A stretch of 64,000 nucleotides of DNA, taken from NCBI RefSeq assembly GCF_009914755.1, contig NC_060937.1. One strand, 5' to 3'. The notes beneath the pieces are model-generated. The model searched no databases and was not told the DNA's origin. It worked only from the letters and a program-made list of their open reading frames with translations. The stretch's first letter is position 1, and every line of letters starts with the position of its first letter. The DNA comes from the human T2T-CHM13v2.0 reference genome, Homo sapiens. This document shows positions 27,278 through 41,219 of this stretch, in pieces. The position numbers were made by a program, and so were the translations under genes.

Positions 27278-28739
27278 AATGTGAGCATGGTGAGTGCTGG
27301 CTGATCTCAGTCTTACAGCCCTGCCTCAGCCACATCATTTCACTGTGCATTAGTTTCTTCAACCATTAAATGAGAAGGGGAAAATGGCATTCTTGCCCAA
27401 AGTACTCAATATCAATAGACAGGTCCCAAGCCAAACAAAAACATTGCATTGTTCATGGAAAGCTTCACAGTGCTCAGAATAGAGCAGAAGTAGCTTTGCT
27501 CTCCAAACTTTTACATGCTTCAGGATAGTCCCTACAAACTGTGACTGTGTCACCAAGCCAGAGGAGTAAAACTGGATGTTCACATGCAGCCAGTGTTAAA
27601 AGAAGGTTAATTTGTGTTAGCAAGCTGTCAAATAACCTGTCACACTTAATTATTTTTCTTCATACACAGACTCCCCCACCCCCTCGAAGTATTAAATAAG
27701 TAAATAAATAGAAAAACGTCTCCAGGATTATGTGATAATCTTTCAAGGCTACTTTGTGTCTAAATAAATAAGAAGAAAAACAAAAACACTGCTGTTCTAA
27801 AGGGCTTTTATTTTTCTCTTTGAAGGCACTGCAAAGTACTAGCCATGATATAAATTCAAGGGCAAGTGCTTTGTTCTTTATAAATTTGAATTAGTAAATT
27901 GTTCCTCTTCACCCAACATATTTTTAATGTACATAGAGATAAAATTTGATAAGTTCATAAAAACCATTAAATTAGCGCAACAAGAGGTGTTAATACAGTA
28001 TAAGCACCAAAAATGCATGAGACAACCCAAAATGCAGAGAAAGTAATAGACTCTATTGTAGTATATGAATTACATTGTTAAAATGATTATTGATGTTATA
28101 GCTTATATTTCAAAGACTGCCTTTATATAATAGGTATATTGTCCAATCTGATAATGAGAAAATATGTTCTCAAGGGTATACCTGCTCATATATTATTTCT
28201 ATAAAATTATAGATATGGAAGAGTTACCTGAAATAATGGGACATCTGAAAATAAGAGGCAGGGAGAAGAATCTAAAGGAATAAAATGCTTTTAAATAATA
28301 CTAAAATATATCACTTTACAATTTTTTTTAAAAAGAAACTACTCTGCATCAGGTGCTTCAAAACAGAGTCAAAAAGGATGTGCGAGATCACATTATTTAG
28401 ATTTCTATAGCACTGCACATTTTTCAAACATCACCTATGCATGAATTCTCAGCAATATTTTTCTATGGTTACTTGATTATAAATTAGATAAATCCTCTCT
28501 CGCTGTCTCTCCCCTTTTCTCTCTTTTATTCTGATAAAGAAATTGAGAAGGAAATGAGTTGAGTAACTTGTCTCAGCTCATGTTGAAAAAAAGACAAGAT
28601 TCAGAATATCTAATAAGAGAATTTTCAAATATGATAAAAGGGGTCATGTCTGGCCAACTTAAAAAAAAAGAGAAAGAAAAATTCGTCCTTAATCATGGTT
28701 TAAACACCATTGTTTTAGGTTATGTCAGTGGTAGGGGTC

Positions 28740-30250
28740 ACTTCTAGTTTCTAGCCCAACCTGTAAAGAGCATGCAAGTCATCACTCCCATCTTCACAAG
28801 AAAAAAAAAAAAAAAGCTGAAAAGCTGAGCAAAATGAGAATCAACAACTCTTCTTACATCCTTCAGAAAACTGAGGTCACAGGACAAAGCACCATCCCCA
28901 AAATATGAAAGACATAGAGAATCACAGCTTACCAGAAACAGAAACCTCAGCTAGCACCAGCACTGGTTAGGAGTTCTTAAAGGGTAGTTGACTAATTGCT
29001 GAAGAGTAAACGTGGACTAGCTTAAGAAAGAAAAACTTCTGGCAGCCTTGGGGGTGCCCTCACACTTTTATGAGTTTTACCTTGAGTAGCCTCACAAGAT
29101 TCTTAGTGAGATATCAATGAAAAACAAAATCACCTTATCTTCCAGTAAGGGAGGGAGAAAAGTGACCATTTTGAAAATGCCCAGAGCATTTCAGGCTTCT
29201 TAACAAGGGCTCCCTTTAAGGAAAAAATTTTCCCAGACCTTAACTGACTTGGATTTTACCAGACCCTAATAGACCCAGAGGAAGGGAAATACCCAACTTT
29301 AGTCCCCTCTAGCCTTCCTGTCTCATTTGAGAAACAAAACAAAACTAAACAAAACAAAACTAAGAAGCATTAGTGAAAGTGACAGCCCAGGGGCACAGGC
29401 CAACTAAAAGACTTAGATAAAATCAGAGGACTATAGAGTTCTTCTCCCACCACTACCACTCCACACACCTATCCTATAACCACATCAATAGGGTTCCTAA
29501 ATAATAACAAGGGATTACAGCTAAAAAGCACTGCAAGTCTCAGACCCTATTTACAAATAAGCCTATAGGGAAATGCAAAGACAACAGAGAAGAAAAAAAA
29601 AAAAACAGGACATCAGAAGAAATTTTAGCCTCTGACATCTGCAGCTACAGCAAATTATAAACACAGACGAACTATAAAACCTCACTCAAAAAGTTACCTC
29701 CTTTCCTTTACCAATATATGAAGTTTACCTTTCAACAAAAAAAATCATAAGTCATGCTGAAAGGCAAAAAACACAGTCTGAAGAGACAGAGCTGGACTTA
29801 GGTATGGCAGAGGTTCTGGAATGATTGGACCTGGAATTTAAGTACAAGTAATATGCTAATGACTCTAATGAAAAAAGGAGCAATATGCAAAAACAGTTGG
29901 GTAATGTAAGCAAAGAGATGAAAACTCTAAGAATTAAAAAAAAATGCTAGAAGTAAAATTTGCTAAGACAGAAATGAAGAACGCCTTTAATGGGCTCATC
30001 AGTACAGTAGATATAGCCAAGGAAAGAATCAGTGAGCTTGAAGATATGTCAATAGAAATGCCTCAAACTGAAAAGCAGAGATTTATTTAAAAGAGAAAAA
30101 AAAAAAACTGGAAAAAAAGGAGCAGACTATCCAAGAAGTGTGGTGCAAATATGAAAGACGGAACATACAAATAATAAGAATTTCTGTAAAAGAAGAATGA
30201 AAAAAAACCAGAAATAATATTTGCAGCATTAATGGCCAAAAATTTTCAAT
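28740..30250 (+). mobile_element. Old L1 5' UTR plus ORF1 remnant (L1MD-like)
   Basis: Near 29970-30080 it translates as EMKNAFNGLISTVDIAKERISELEDMSIE, an L1 ORF1p coiled-coil-like segment; upstream matches L1MD-type 5' ends. Confidence 0.75.
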
Positions 30251-31374
30251 TGATGGGACTTGCTATAAGGATACAAGGGGAAATTAGGGAATGTAAAAAA
30301 CTGTTTCAGCTACCAAGGAAAGTATCTCATGGAGAATTAGAATACCTTGTCTGTCTCATCACACAACATAATCTAGTAGTTGCTATTCCCATAGAACATT
30401 GTTCTACTATGAGTGGGTCTAGTTCTGTTTCCTGACTACTTTCTTCCTTCTTCTACCTCATGTCCTTTGTTTACATGACTTCTGCCACCTCATACCAGCT
30501 GTTTTTCTCTGGGTGTCTCTTAGCCTTCTGATTCATTTAGTGTCTGTGTCCCTCTCTCTATGTTCCTATTCTACTCCATAAGGAATAATATGATGGGGTT
30601 AATCACTGTCTAGCATAAACCATCCCTACTAGACAGGATTCATTCTTCAAGCCTCCTGATAGGTTGATAGATGATTGTATTTGGCTCTGGTGTCAATTCC
30701 CAATCTAATCATCTTTGATCTAAGAAAAGTCATGTAATAAAATGAATTAAGGACAAGATGCTTCCTACTTCATGTTTGGAAGGGACCACTGGCATGGTGC
30801 CCTCTTAGTGTGTTATCAATTTATCGAAATTTCTAGGCATTTGGTAGCATGTTGCAAAAAGCAAACAAATTTCCAAAGAAAATGGTAACTTTGAGACAAT
30901 ATATCCTTTTCTTCTTGAGCTCCATTTCTGTCTTATAGATACTCTCATTGAAATTATGTTGTGCATTCCCCACCAATAGTGTCAACTATTGAGAATGGAT
31001 ACCCCAGTGGAGAATGATATCACCAATGCAGTGGCAGGGAGTGTGAAATGTAACACTGCTGGTGACAGTCCTGGGGTAAACTCTGGGAGTTAACAGAACC
31101 CAAGCCAGACTTCCCAGACCACCCAGTGCACTCTTGTGACAGACCAGGACTGCCAGGTGCAAAGAGAGTAGAAAGATATGGATCTGACATCCCCAAAAGC
31201 AGCTGTACACTATACATTCATTGTTCAAGCAGCTGTACAGCTGTACATTCTTGACAGTCCCATTACTTGAGTTATTTCACTATGTCACCTGTCCCAAAAT
31301 ATTTTTAGCTATGCCTCTACTAAACATGTGGCTTGAAGAAGCAAAGATAAAAATGTAGGCTGCAGCCTAGGGTT

Positions 31375-31432
31375 GTGTGTGTGTTTGTGTGTGTGTGCGC
31401 ATGTGTGCATGCACATATCACGCTGTGTGTGT
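31375..31432. repeat. Imperfect (TG)n repeat
   Basis: Seen directly. Confidence 0.85.
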
Positions 31433-32494
31433 AATTTTTCCCTCAAGGGCACAATGTTTGAAGAAATGTATTTTTCATCTACCTGATTTCAATTTAGGTT
31501 GTCAATTTTCTGAAGCAGATAAAATCAATGTAGGAAGAAAGCATAGTATTCTATTAGTGCTTGCTTTTCACTTGAATTCAAGTTAAAGATGAATGTGCTT
31601 CCTCTCTCCTAGTTTTCAAGGGATCACATTAGACTAACTTCCCCTCTGTACACATATGACACACAGCAGTAAGGGAGAGGCATCAGGACAACATCATTCC
31701 TTTTAGTTCTCGACTGTGTTTGACCTTCCTGGACACCTTTCTTAGGGAGGAGGAGAGTGCTTTGCTCTACCTCCACATAGAGGGCTATGTGTGAATAAAG
31801 GCTATGAGATAGAAGATAAGAACCCTCTTGTCTTTAGACCTCTCTGGCCTCAGAATCAAAAGAAGAGGTCTCATGCATCACATCTTTTCTATTATCTTTG
31901 TCCGCTATGCATACCATTTCTCAGTAAGAAATAGAGTGAGAACTCCTGCTTCCTACTAGAACCATGTATTTAAGAAAGACACACAAAATATGTAGCAACA
32001 CAGTGTTCCCATTTTACCAATTTTCTCTGGTCTCACATACATTGTAACCCAATTGCTACATTGCTGTAAAATATGCATTTCATCCTAACCTGTTTCTTTG
32101 GATAGATTTTCAGGGAACAAGATGCAAACACTGTCCTCCAGAACATCTTTGTCTTACCAAAAAAAAAGAAAAAAGGCTATCACTGTTGTCACTATTCGAT
32201 TTGAAAAATAATATATGACAATTATTTATTCAGTCACAAAAATGCATTGAGTGCCTCAATATTCATAAATGTTCTTTATACATGTGTGTGGGAACTTAAA
32301 ATGGGCACTTTTCTCATTTTAAAGATGAAGAAACAAAGTCAGAGAGAAGTTAGATGATTTATCGAAACTAAGAAATGGAATATAATTGCAAAAATGAGAC
32401 CTTTTTTTGAGTCAGGCTTAGTGATTGATAGCCAAATCACTTCACTTACATTTCACACAACAGCTCCAAATGTTGCCATCCTTTAGGAAGCATG

Positions 32495-32545
32495 AGATAG
32501 ATAGATGGTAGTTAGATAGATAGATATTAATAGGTAGACAGATAA
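32495..32545. repeat. Imperfect (GATA)n repeat
   Basis: agatagatagatggtagttagatagatagata seen directly. Confidence 0.85.
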
Positions 32546-35499
32546 TCATGTAACATAATGCAAGTATTTGCTTTTACCTCAGTTACATAAAATTTGTTGT
32601 GGCTTTACACTCTGTTTTAATTAAAGAGATGTTCAAAGTCAACTTTATTTTTCACTAGAAAAAAAAAATATGCCAAAATGCTCCCTAAATTAAAAAAGAA
32701 AATTGACCAGACTTACTTTGTTCCCTCTCTTAAGGGTCTCTTGTCCATTAATTAGCATTAACGAAGGGAGGAGGATGAGTGAACTTCCCATATCTGGAGA
32801 GTAAAGCAAGCCCCAGATATACTCAGGGCTTAGTGTACATGCTGCATAATGGTATTTCTGAAGAGTAGTGAATTCTGTATTCAAACAGAGGTCAGCAAAT
32901 AAATCCAGAGTGTCTGAGTGTTTGATTATTTTCTTTTTAAAGATGAGCTGCTCTGATGGTTGGAAGTTTTCATTTTCCAGCTCTAACACAGAGTAGTCAC
33001 AGATGCAAACATGGACACTTTGCCTGCAGTCTCAATATAGATTAATTATCCAGCTGCCAGAAACCATGAGTGGGCTATGCTGTTTCCGTGATAAACCCCA
33101 ACCCTCCCTCACGCAGAGACAAAAGAAACACACAGAGAGAGGCTACAGCCTCAAACCATAGTTTTTTACCTTGAATAGACTTTCCAAATGAAGCCCTTTC
33201 ACTTTTCTTTCTATATCAAAACATTAAAAACCAAAAAGGAATTTCAAATCCTGTTTTTCTTCATTAGTGTATCGCAAACAGTTAATTAGAAAAGATTTCT
33301 TTTACTAAATGATTTAGTTCTTATGTCTGTTTTAACACTTGAAAGGTTACAGCTTCAGGAAAGGAGGAAAGAGCCTTAATTAAAGAATGAATGATTGAAT
33401 ATTCAGTTTTAATTGATGTTGCCCCATGCTATTATTTTGCATGTTTATAGATGTTTCATGTGATTCTGTTATCAGAATAACCAAAGAGAGAGACATTGAC
33501 TACTGAGCCTAAAAAAGAGGAGGGCATCTGCCTGATCACATTCAGCCATTTAAGTTCAAGAATCATCTGAAGCGTGGTTTCCATGACAACAAGTCACTAA
33601 TTGCAAACATAAAATAAAGTAAAAAATCAACCTTCCTTGAATTTGGCAGCTACAAAGATGATGTCTAATTTTTTTAAACAGTGAAATGGCACTTTTCCTT
33701 AGGGAATCCCTCGAGTCATCTTCCCGAATCCAAGAAGGTACTCCATTGTAGGGTTAATTCTAGTCTGGCAAAGGTGTCAGCTGCAAGCTGCCCAGATGTG
33801 CCAGGCTTTGATTACCAACACCTAGCTTTTGGTAAAGATAAGAGGAGATGGTTACAATGAGGAATGAAGGATTTTTGTATTTCTGAGCTACAGAACAGAA
33901 GAGAGCTGCTGAGGCAGATAAATTAACCAAAGAAATGTCTACCAAATTCTGGATTTGAACATCCTTTAGACAAGCGGGGGTGGGGGGGAAGCAAATTGAG
34001 GGGGAAAGGTGAGTTCAAACCTAAATTCGGCCACTTTCCATGGAGTTAGTCACCTGTGCTCACTCACTTGCAAAGGTTTCTCGTTTCTCTGCCTGGCAGC
34101 TTTTTAAAAAACAAACAAAAAAGTGAACCCTTTGAGATTTGGAAACATGTTCAATCGACACAATGGCACCATTCAAAATTCACCAATGTATGAACTGCAG
34201 CATATCATTTGTAAAAATTGCTTCAGCCTGAGTTACCTTTCACCAGCTCTCTAAGTCTACTCACTGGGTCACTAGGAGTGAGCAAGAACATTTTGATAAA
34301 TTCTGTTTCCATGACGATGAATTAACCAGTGAAAAGGGGGAGGTGTTGAAAGATCTGTATTCTGTAGAATACTCTCAAATGTTTGCCTGTTTTCATTTTT
34401 AGCCATTTAGTTCTCATGGCTCTGTTCCAGGACTCTTTAATTTGCCAGTAGCTGTTTTTCCTACACAGATTACAGGAGTAATTCATCAGTGAATGTTTCA
34501 CTCAGTGGTCCCATCTAATGTAAGGAAACATAAAAATGAATTTTTCCAATTATGCCTTTTTTGTTTGTTTAGAAAGAATGTAGTAAGCTTTTTTCCTTTT
34601 CTTCTCTCACAATCTAGCTTTAGTGTTCTTATTCTCCCTTATTTATTGACCATCACCTTACACAGGCTACAACTGCAATTTGTAAGATGTTGGGATCCGC
34701 TTTTAAATACCAATAAATCCCCGAAAGGCAATTATTTTTGAATTTAGTGGACTGAAACCCCAAAGGGGGATGTAAAGAGAAAAAAGAACATTAAAACATG
34801 CAGGCCCAGTACATGTTACAATGAAGCAAAGTGTTCAGACAAAAAATTAAGAAAGCAATAGAACTTTTCCCTTACTAAATTACTTTAAATTGGCTTATTT
34901 ATATACAGTGGAATCTGTTTATGTTATTTCAGCATTTATCTACTTCCTAAATTTAATGATAAAACTATGTCCTTGGGGAGCAAAAAAAGAATGTAATTCT
35001 GATGGTTTTGTTTTCCAAATGATGCAAATAGCAAGAACTCATCTATTTGCACCAGGAAAAAATGGATATGAAACTATTTTTCTGAGGTATAAAGTAAGAA
35101 TAATTTTCCATAAGACATGTATTTGCAATCTAGGTTTGGTATGTATCTCAACAAGTAATTCATTTTGTTCATTTTAAAAACTAAAATAATGAGTTTATGA
35201 GATTTTTCCCTTTTTTTTCACCTAAAATAAAGCAAATAACCAGTTTTCAATTTCCAGTTGTTTGCTTTGCCATTGTGCAGCCACCTTTTAAGGGATACTT
35301 TCAATCCTTCCCAAATTTATTCATCCTTTGCTCAAAGCAAAAAGAATTTTTACTGGGAGATGTTCTGGATCATCAACAATTAAATTGATCAGATGTTATC
35401 CTACTCTAAGGTTGAAAGTGCAAAGAACTGTGAGAATCCCAGGAAGTAAAGAAGGAAACATTTGTTATGCAAAGTTCTGCCAATCAGAACTACTTTTTA

Positions 35500-35868
<369 letters not shown>

Positions 35869-37075
35869 TTAGTTAAGAACAGATCTTCAGGGTCATATTT
35901 GCTCTAAGAGCTTAATTTCTCTACCAAGAACAGAAAGAACTTTCACATTGAAAAGAATATGGTAATTTTTCCCCTCCCTCTTCAACACACACGCACACAA
36001 AATGTTATTAATATTAGTGGATTTCAGAGAATGTACATGATTGAAAATCAAAGTAATTGTTTCAATGAATAAACCCTAGTTGTTTTGCAGCAGACATCTA
36101 TAAACCACTAGAAAAGAAAACTATGCCAGCCTAGAATCAGTGTATTGGTAGCTCTGAATTTGTTCATGTTGATTAAAAATAGTGAGGGCAACAGTTATCT
36201 GTTAACTGTATATGGACAAGGGGAAGGCTAATGGTGTCTTTTGTTCACCTGATATATGTAGCTCCTTCTGCTTCTTATGGGTAATGTGTATAGGTTGTGC
36301 TAATAGTGCCATGCTTCCCTTCCTAGACCCGAGGCCATAATGCAGGTAGCTGGCATTCAGTTCACACTGATGTTAATAGTGGAAGATTTATCTGCCAGCT
36401 GTTGTCCAGAAAATAGAGATGGCATGGGCCACCTCAAGAGGCAACTACCTTTATACCAATGTGACCCATAGTTAGCACCAGACAGTGCAGGAGTCAGCTC
36501 ATTAATGCTAATGTCTCCAGTGAGAAATAGATAAACAGCAGCTCTCTCAGTCCTGCAGATTGAAATTGTCACAAAAATACTGTTGAGCTCAGGTGCTGAT
36601 CATTAAAAATGAGTACAAATGAGAGGAATAATGGCTTGTTGATCCACCTGAGTCAACTTTGACATCCTTATGACACTATTTATAACTGTATAGATGTCTT
36701 TCAGCCCTCACTGAGAGAGATTTTTGACAAAGAAAATAATGAAACTTCTTGCGTTTTTGGTTAAAACTGGTCAATAACGATACATTCTAAAAATTCCAAT
36801 AATTTTAGTTCATTAAATGATATACTCAACAACTACTGCATATGCCACAGAATAGCTATTACTTGAAATTCTTTTTAACCCTGATGTGACATTTTATAAA
36901 TATTCAGGACAATGACATTTTGAAAGGCTTGTTACTTTACATATGTGCATGATACATGTTCAAATACATAGCATAAATCATAAATATGATCACATTTAAA
37001 CAACCCTGAAAAGAGACAGTGAATGTATATTCACATAATATAAACACTAATAAGAAATGTATATTTATGGATCTA

Positions 37076-37433
<358 letters not shown>

Positions 37434-38059
37434 CTAAAATGTATGTAACACTTTTTTAAATCATGTAGTATTCTAATTCACTGAGACATGATTGCTTGAA
37501 TAAATTTTGCAATGATCCTTTCAGTAAAGCCAGAAATACTTTTGTAATATAAAAAACTATCCTCTCTATATCTGTTTTCCACTTTATATTTTTATACATG
37601 TGATATTTAAATATTGTGTTTAATATAAAAAATTTTAACCTACATACCTGTATTTGTTGCTGGAATGTTCCCCATTACTCTTCCCCCAGAGGTAATGCTG
37701 AGAGGTGTAGCTTCAAGGGCTGTATGTTGGAGGCAAGAGATTTGAACAAAAATACTGGATCAAACATCCAGCTTTCCTACCCAGAATCTAATTCCACTGT
37801 CCACACATTTCTTCCTACTGCAAAAGAGCTTTATACCAACATCTAGTTTGATAAGCCAGGATCTCTGCCACAAGCAAAGGAAACATTTGATACTTAACTG
37901 AAGGTGGTTAGATGAATAAAAGTAATAGTCCTCTACTGAATTTATGAGTCTAGGCTAACCCTCATCAGTAAATCACATAAAATCTTAACTGCATTGAGAT
38001 CACTATTTTACAAAGTACTTTTAGTGAAGTAGATTGCTACCAATTCAGTGAGATACCTG

Positions 38060-39020
38060 ACATAGTCATTCGCTCAACAAAATTTATGAAATGTTTGCTA
38101 TGGCTTTGTCCCAAAGAGTTGGCTGTGTGTATGCAGAAGGTATATCAAGGTAGAGATTATGAGAGAGAGGTATTGGGGAGGGAAGGGTAAGGTTTACCAA
38201 AATCTTTCTGAAATGAGATAATTGGGAAAGGGCATTCCAGACAAAAGGAGCAGCTGGGCAAAGGCAGAGAAGTGAAAATCAGTCTGGTTGGTATAGAGAA
38301 TCACAAGGAGTTAAGTGTTGCTTGAGTGTTCACTGTGAGACAAGTAGTGGGAGTAATGCAACAGTGGAGGCTGCACCAAGAAAGGCTAGGTAGTCATTGC
38401 TAAAAACTTGGACATTATCTTGTCTCATTGATCTTTGGGGTGGTGATGGCAGTAGTTCTGATGACAGATAGTGACAGTGACAGCAAATATGCAGAGAAAA
38501 GATGAACTGAAGGAATCTTTAGGAATTAGCGTTGTTAGAACTTGGTGATTGGGCATGGGGAGGAAAGTAATTGCAAAATTCTATATGATGCACAAACTCT
38601 AGTTTAGGCAACTGGGTGGATGGTGGTGCCACCAACTAAGGAAATGAAGCCCATTTAGGGGAGCCTGTTGAAACAGCTGTGACTGTGGAACATTCCTTAG
38701 AGATGCTCACTTGGTAATTGACAGTTGAGTTTTAAGCTAGAGCATAGCCTTAAAGACACGGACATGAAATCCATTGGTAAATAATGGTATCTGAAACCAT
38801 AAGGCTGAATAACATTGCTGAAAGAATATAGAAAGTGAGATGACTTGTGGATTGAGGACCCAACCCTGGGGCAATTATTTCAGACATTGCCAAAAAGAAC
38901 AGAAGCCAAGAAAGGAAACAGAAGGAGTTCATCAGACATAGGAGGAGAACCCGTAATGTTAATATTATGAAAGCCACAAAAGTGAAAAATGCAGCAGAGA
39001 GGTTCAGTAAGATAAAGATG
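38060..39020 (-). mobile_element. L2 relic
   Basis: cattcgctcaacaaaattta tail, gaaagggcattccagacaaaaggagcagc, ggcaactgggtggatggtggtgccac. Confidence 0.7.
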
Positions 39021-39066
39021 GAAAAATATACTTAATCTCCCTCTCCTTCTCCTTCTATCTGAATAC

Positions 39067-39152
39067 TGTCTCGAATTCCAGGGCTCCAGAGATCCTCCCA
39101 CCTCAGCTTCCCAAAGTGCTGGGATTATAAGCATGAGCCACTGTACCTGGCC
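39067..39152 (-). mobile_element. Partial Alu left arm (FLAM/AluJ-like)
   Basis: gatcctcccacctcagcttcccaaagtgctgggattataagcatgagccactgtacctggcc. Confidence 0.85.
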
Positions 39153-39853
39153 ACCTTAATTTCTAAGCAAGAGAAGGCTTATCCATTTATTTTGTTTATT
39201 CTCTGCTTAGCCCTCAAAGCACTACAAATTCTTCAGATAATACTTCCTGAATTCATTCTTCTCGATTAAGTTTGTAATAAATTTTATGCAAAAGTCAGTT
39301 AAATGTTATTCTTAGTAACAAGTATCAGAAGCACAGATTGTATCTATTGCCAGTTAAAGGTAGAAACTTTTGCTTTAATGTCAAGCTGAGAGTGCAACTG
39401 ATATTTTGTGAGAATTGTGAAGCCTCACTCACCAATTGGTCCTAATAGAAAGGTATACCATTCTTCAATGCAAAAGAGAGAAGAGCAACAACTTGTAAGG
39501 AGGAAAGAGAATGGGCTATAAAGATAGTACAGGCTCCTGAGTCAGGGGTTAGTGGAAATAGAGTGAAATGTTGACTTGGCGATTTACACGGGAGCAACCT
39601 ATTAGCTAGAGACATTACCAAAGACAATCTTATCGAGTTTGATGCAAGTAACACACCATCAAAGCTTTGTTGTTAGGCAGAGTCAGATTCTACCAACAGC
39701 TCATTTCTCACCATCTGTGTGTCTAGGGCAAATATTTAACTGTCTTAAGTTCTACTGTCCTCATTTGTAAACATGAAATAACATTATTACCTATTCCACA
39801 AGCTTGTTTGTGAAGATTAAATGAGATAGCATATACAAAGCATTAGTCTAATA

Positions 39854-40054
39854 CAGTGACTCTCAACAAGTGGGTATTTTTGCCTCCCATGAAGGCATCT
39901 GGCAATGTTTGGAGACATTTTTGGTTTTCACAGCTTTGGTAGGAATGGGTAGAGGCCAGAGATGCTGCTAAATTTCCTGCATATACATATGGCCCCCCAC
40001 AATAAAGAATGACCTAACCCAAAATGTCAGTGGTGCCAAGGATGAGAAACACTG
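39854..40054 (+). mobile_element. MER20 hAT-Charlie MITE
   Basis: cagtgactctcaac...tggcaatgtttggagacatttttggtt...agaggccagagatgctgctaaa...gagaaacactg; flanked by MIR relics. Confidence 0.9.
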
Positions 40055-40840
40055 GTGTAGTGGTCATACATGCATTATAATAGCTGGCAGCATTTCCCAA
40101 GTAATCACACTTAAGTGCTTAGCACTTTCTTTTCTAACCCTCACCAAAATCCCATGAGGTTGGTTCTAGTAATATACCCAGGTTACAGACTCAGAAACAC
40201 AAAAAAGAAGTAATGTACACAAGGTCACACAACCAGTAGTGGTAGAACCAGGATTCCATAAATGCTAACTATTACATTTCATGGAAAAGGAAAAATTTAT
40301 TCAGGTGTCTTCAAATGTCAACTCTTGCCACAAGAATAACAACTTTTCTGCTTCTATTCAAACATCGACAAAACTCCTACAAAATTGGTAAGCTGTGTGT
40401 TTTGATTTCTGCTCTTAGATTTTTGTCTTAAATGTGGATAAAATGAAGTAATGGCTAATAGAGGAGACAATTTAGCATTTCTTAAGAGCATTTTAGCAAG
40501 ACAATTGCTAGATCTACTTTTAGAGAAATCTTTTTAGTGTTAAAAATCAGTAAAACCTTACTTCAATAACTAGCATTAGGTCTTCTCTAATGCCAAAGTC
40601 AATAGCTTCTCTTGTAACAGTGTTATGGTTTAAGTACTGCTTCAGGCCTATGCTAAACTTGCACGTGGGATCAAAGAGATAAAAGTCACCTGACTATATC
40701 AATTTCACTTTAGAGTCTGAAATTCTAAGGATCTGTACATGTATCCAATTGTCAGTGATGTGTCATTGATTGTTTTTTAACAATCTTTTGTATTGATGTG
40801 TTTTGCAAGGTGTTTTTCTCCTCTTTAAATCTTCCTTCAG

Positions 40841-40858
40841 GGAAGCTGAAACAAGCTG
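40841..40858 (+). other. Candidate 18-nt microexon
   Basis: tgtttttctcctctttaaatcttccttcag|GGAAGCTGAAACAAGCTG|gtgagc; strong acceptor and donor, frame-preserving length. No transcript evidence available. Confidence 0.35.
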
Positions 40859-41219
40859 GTGAGCATGTATGTGTGTGAACCTTAAAAAAAATCCTAGGAA
40901 GGCAACAAAGGCTGAAATGTGAGCACACATGTTAAGTATTCTAAAAACGTTAATGTTTATGGAAATTTCAGCATTCTTAATTTCCAAAATTATTGAGTGA
41001 AGACAGTATAGCATAAAAAGGAAAGCAATATGGTATAGCAGCTAGAAGTGTAAGATTTACTGTCAGATCAGTCTTCAAATCCAGGCTGTATCATTTACTA
41101 TGTGATCTTGACAAAGTGACTTGATCATCCTGAGTCTCAGTTACCTTTCCTATAAAAGATGGAAAATCAGACTGATCACAGAGGGGTATCTGAAGGTAAA
41201 TTTTTAAAATAAATTTTAC

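Noticed and set aside
34469-34519. + strand 51-nt pseudoexon
   Set aside because: Weak donor (AAT|gtaagg) and stops in all three frames.
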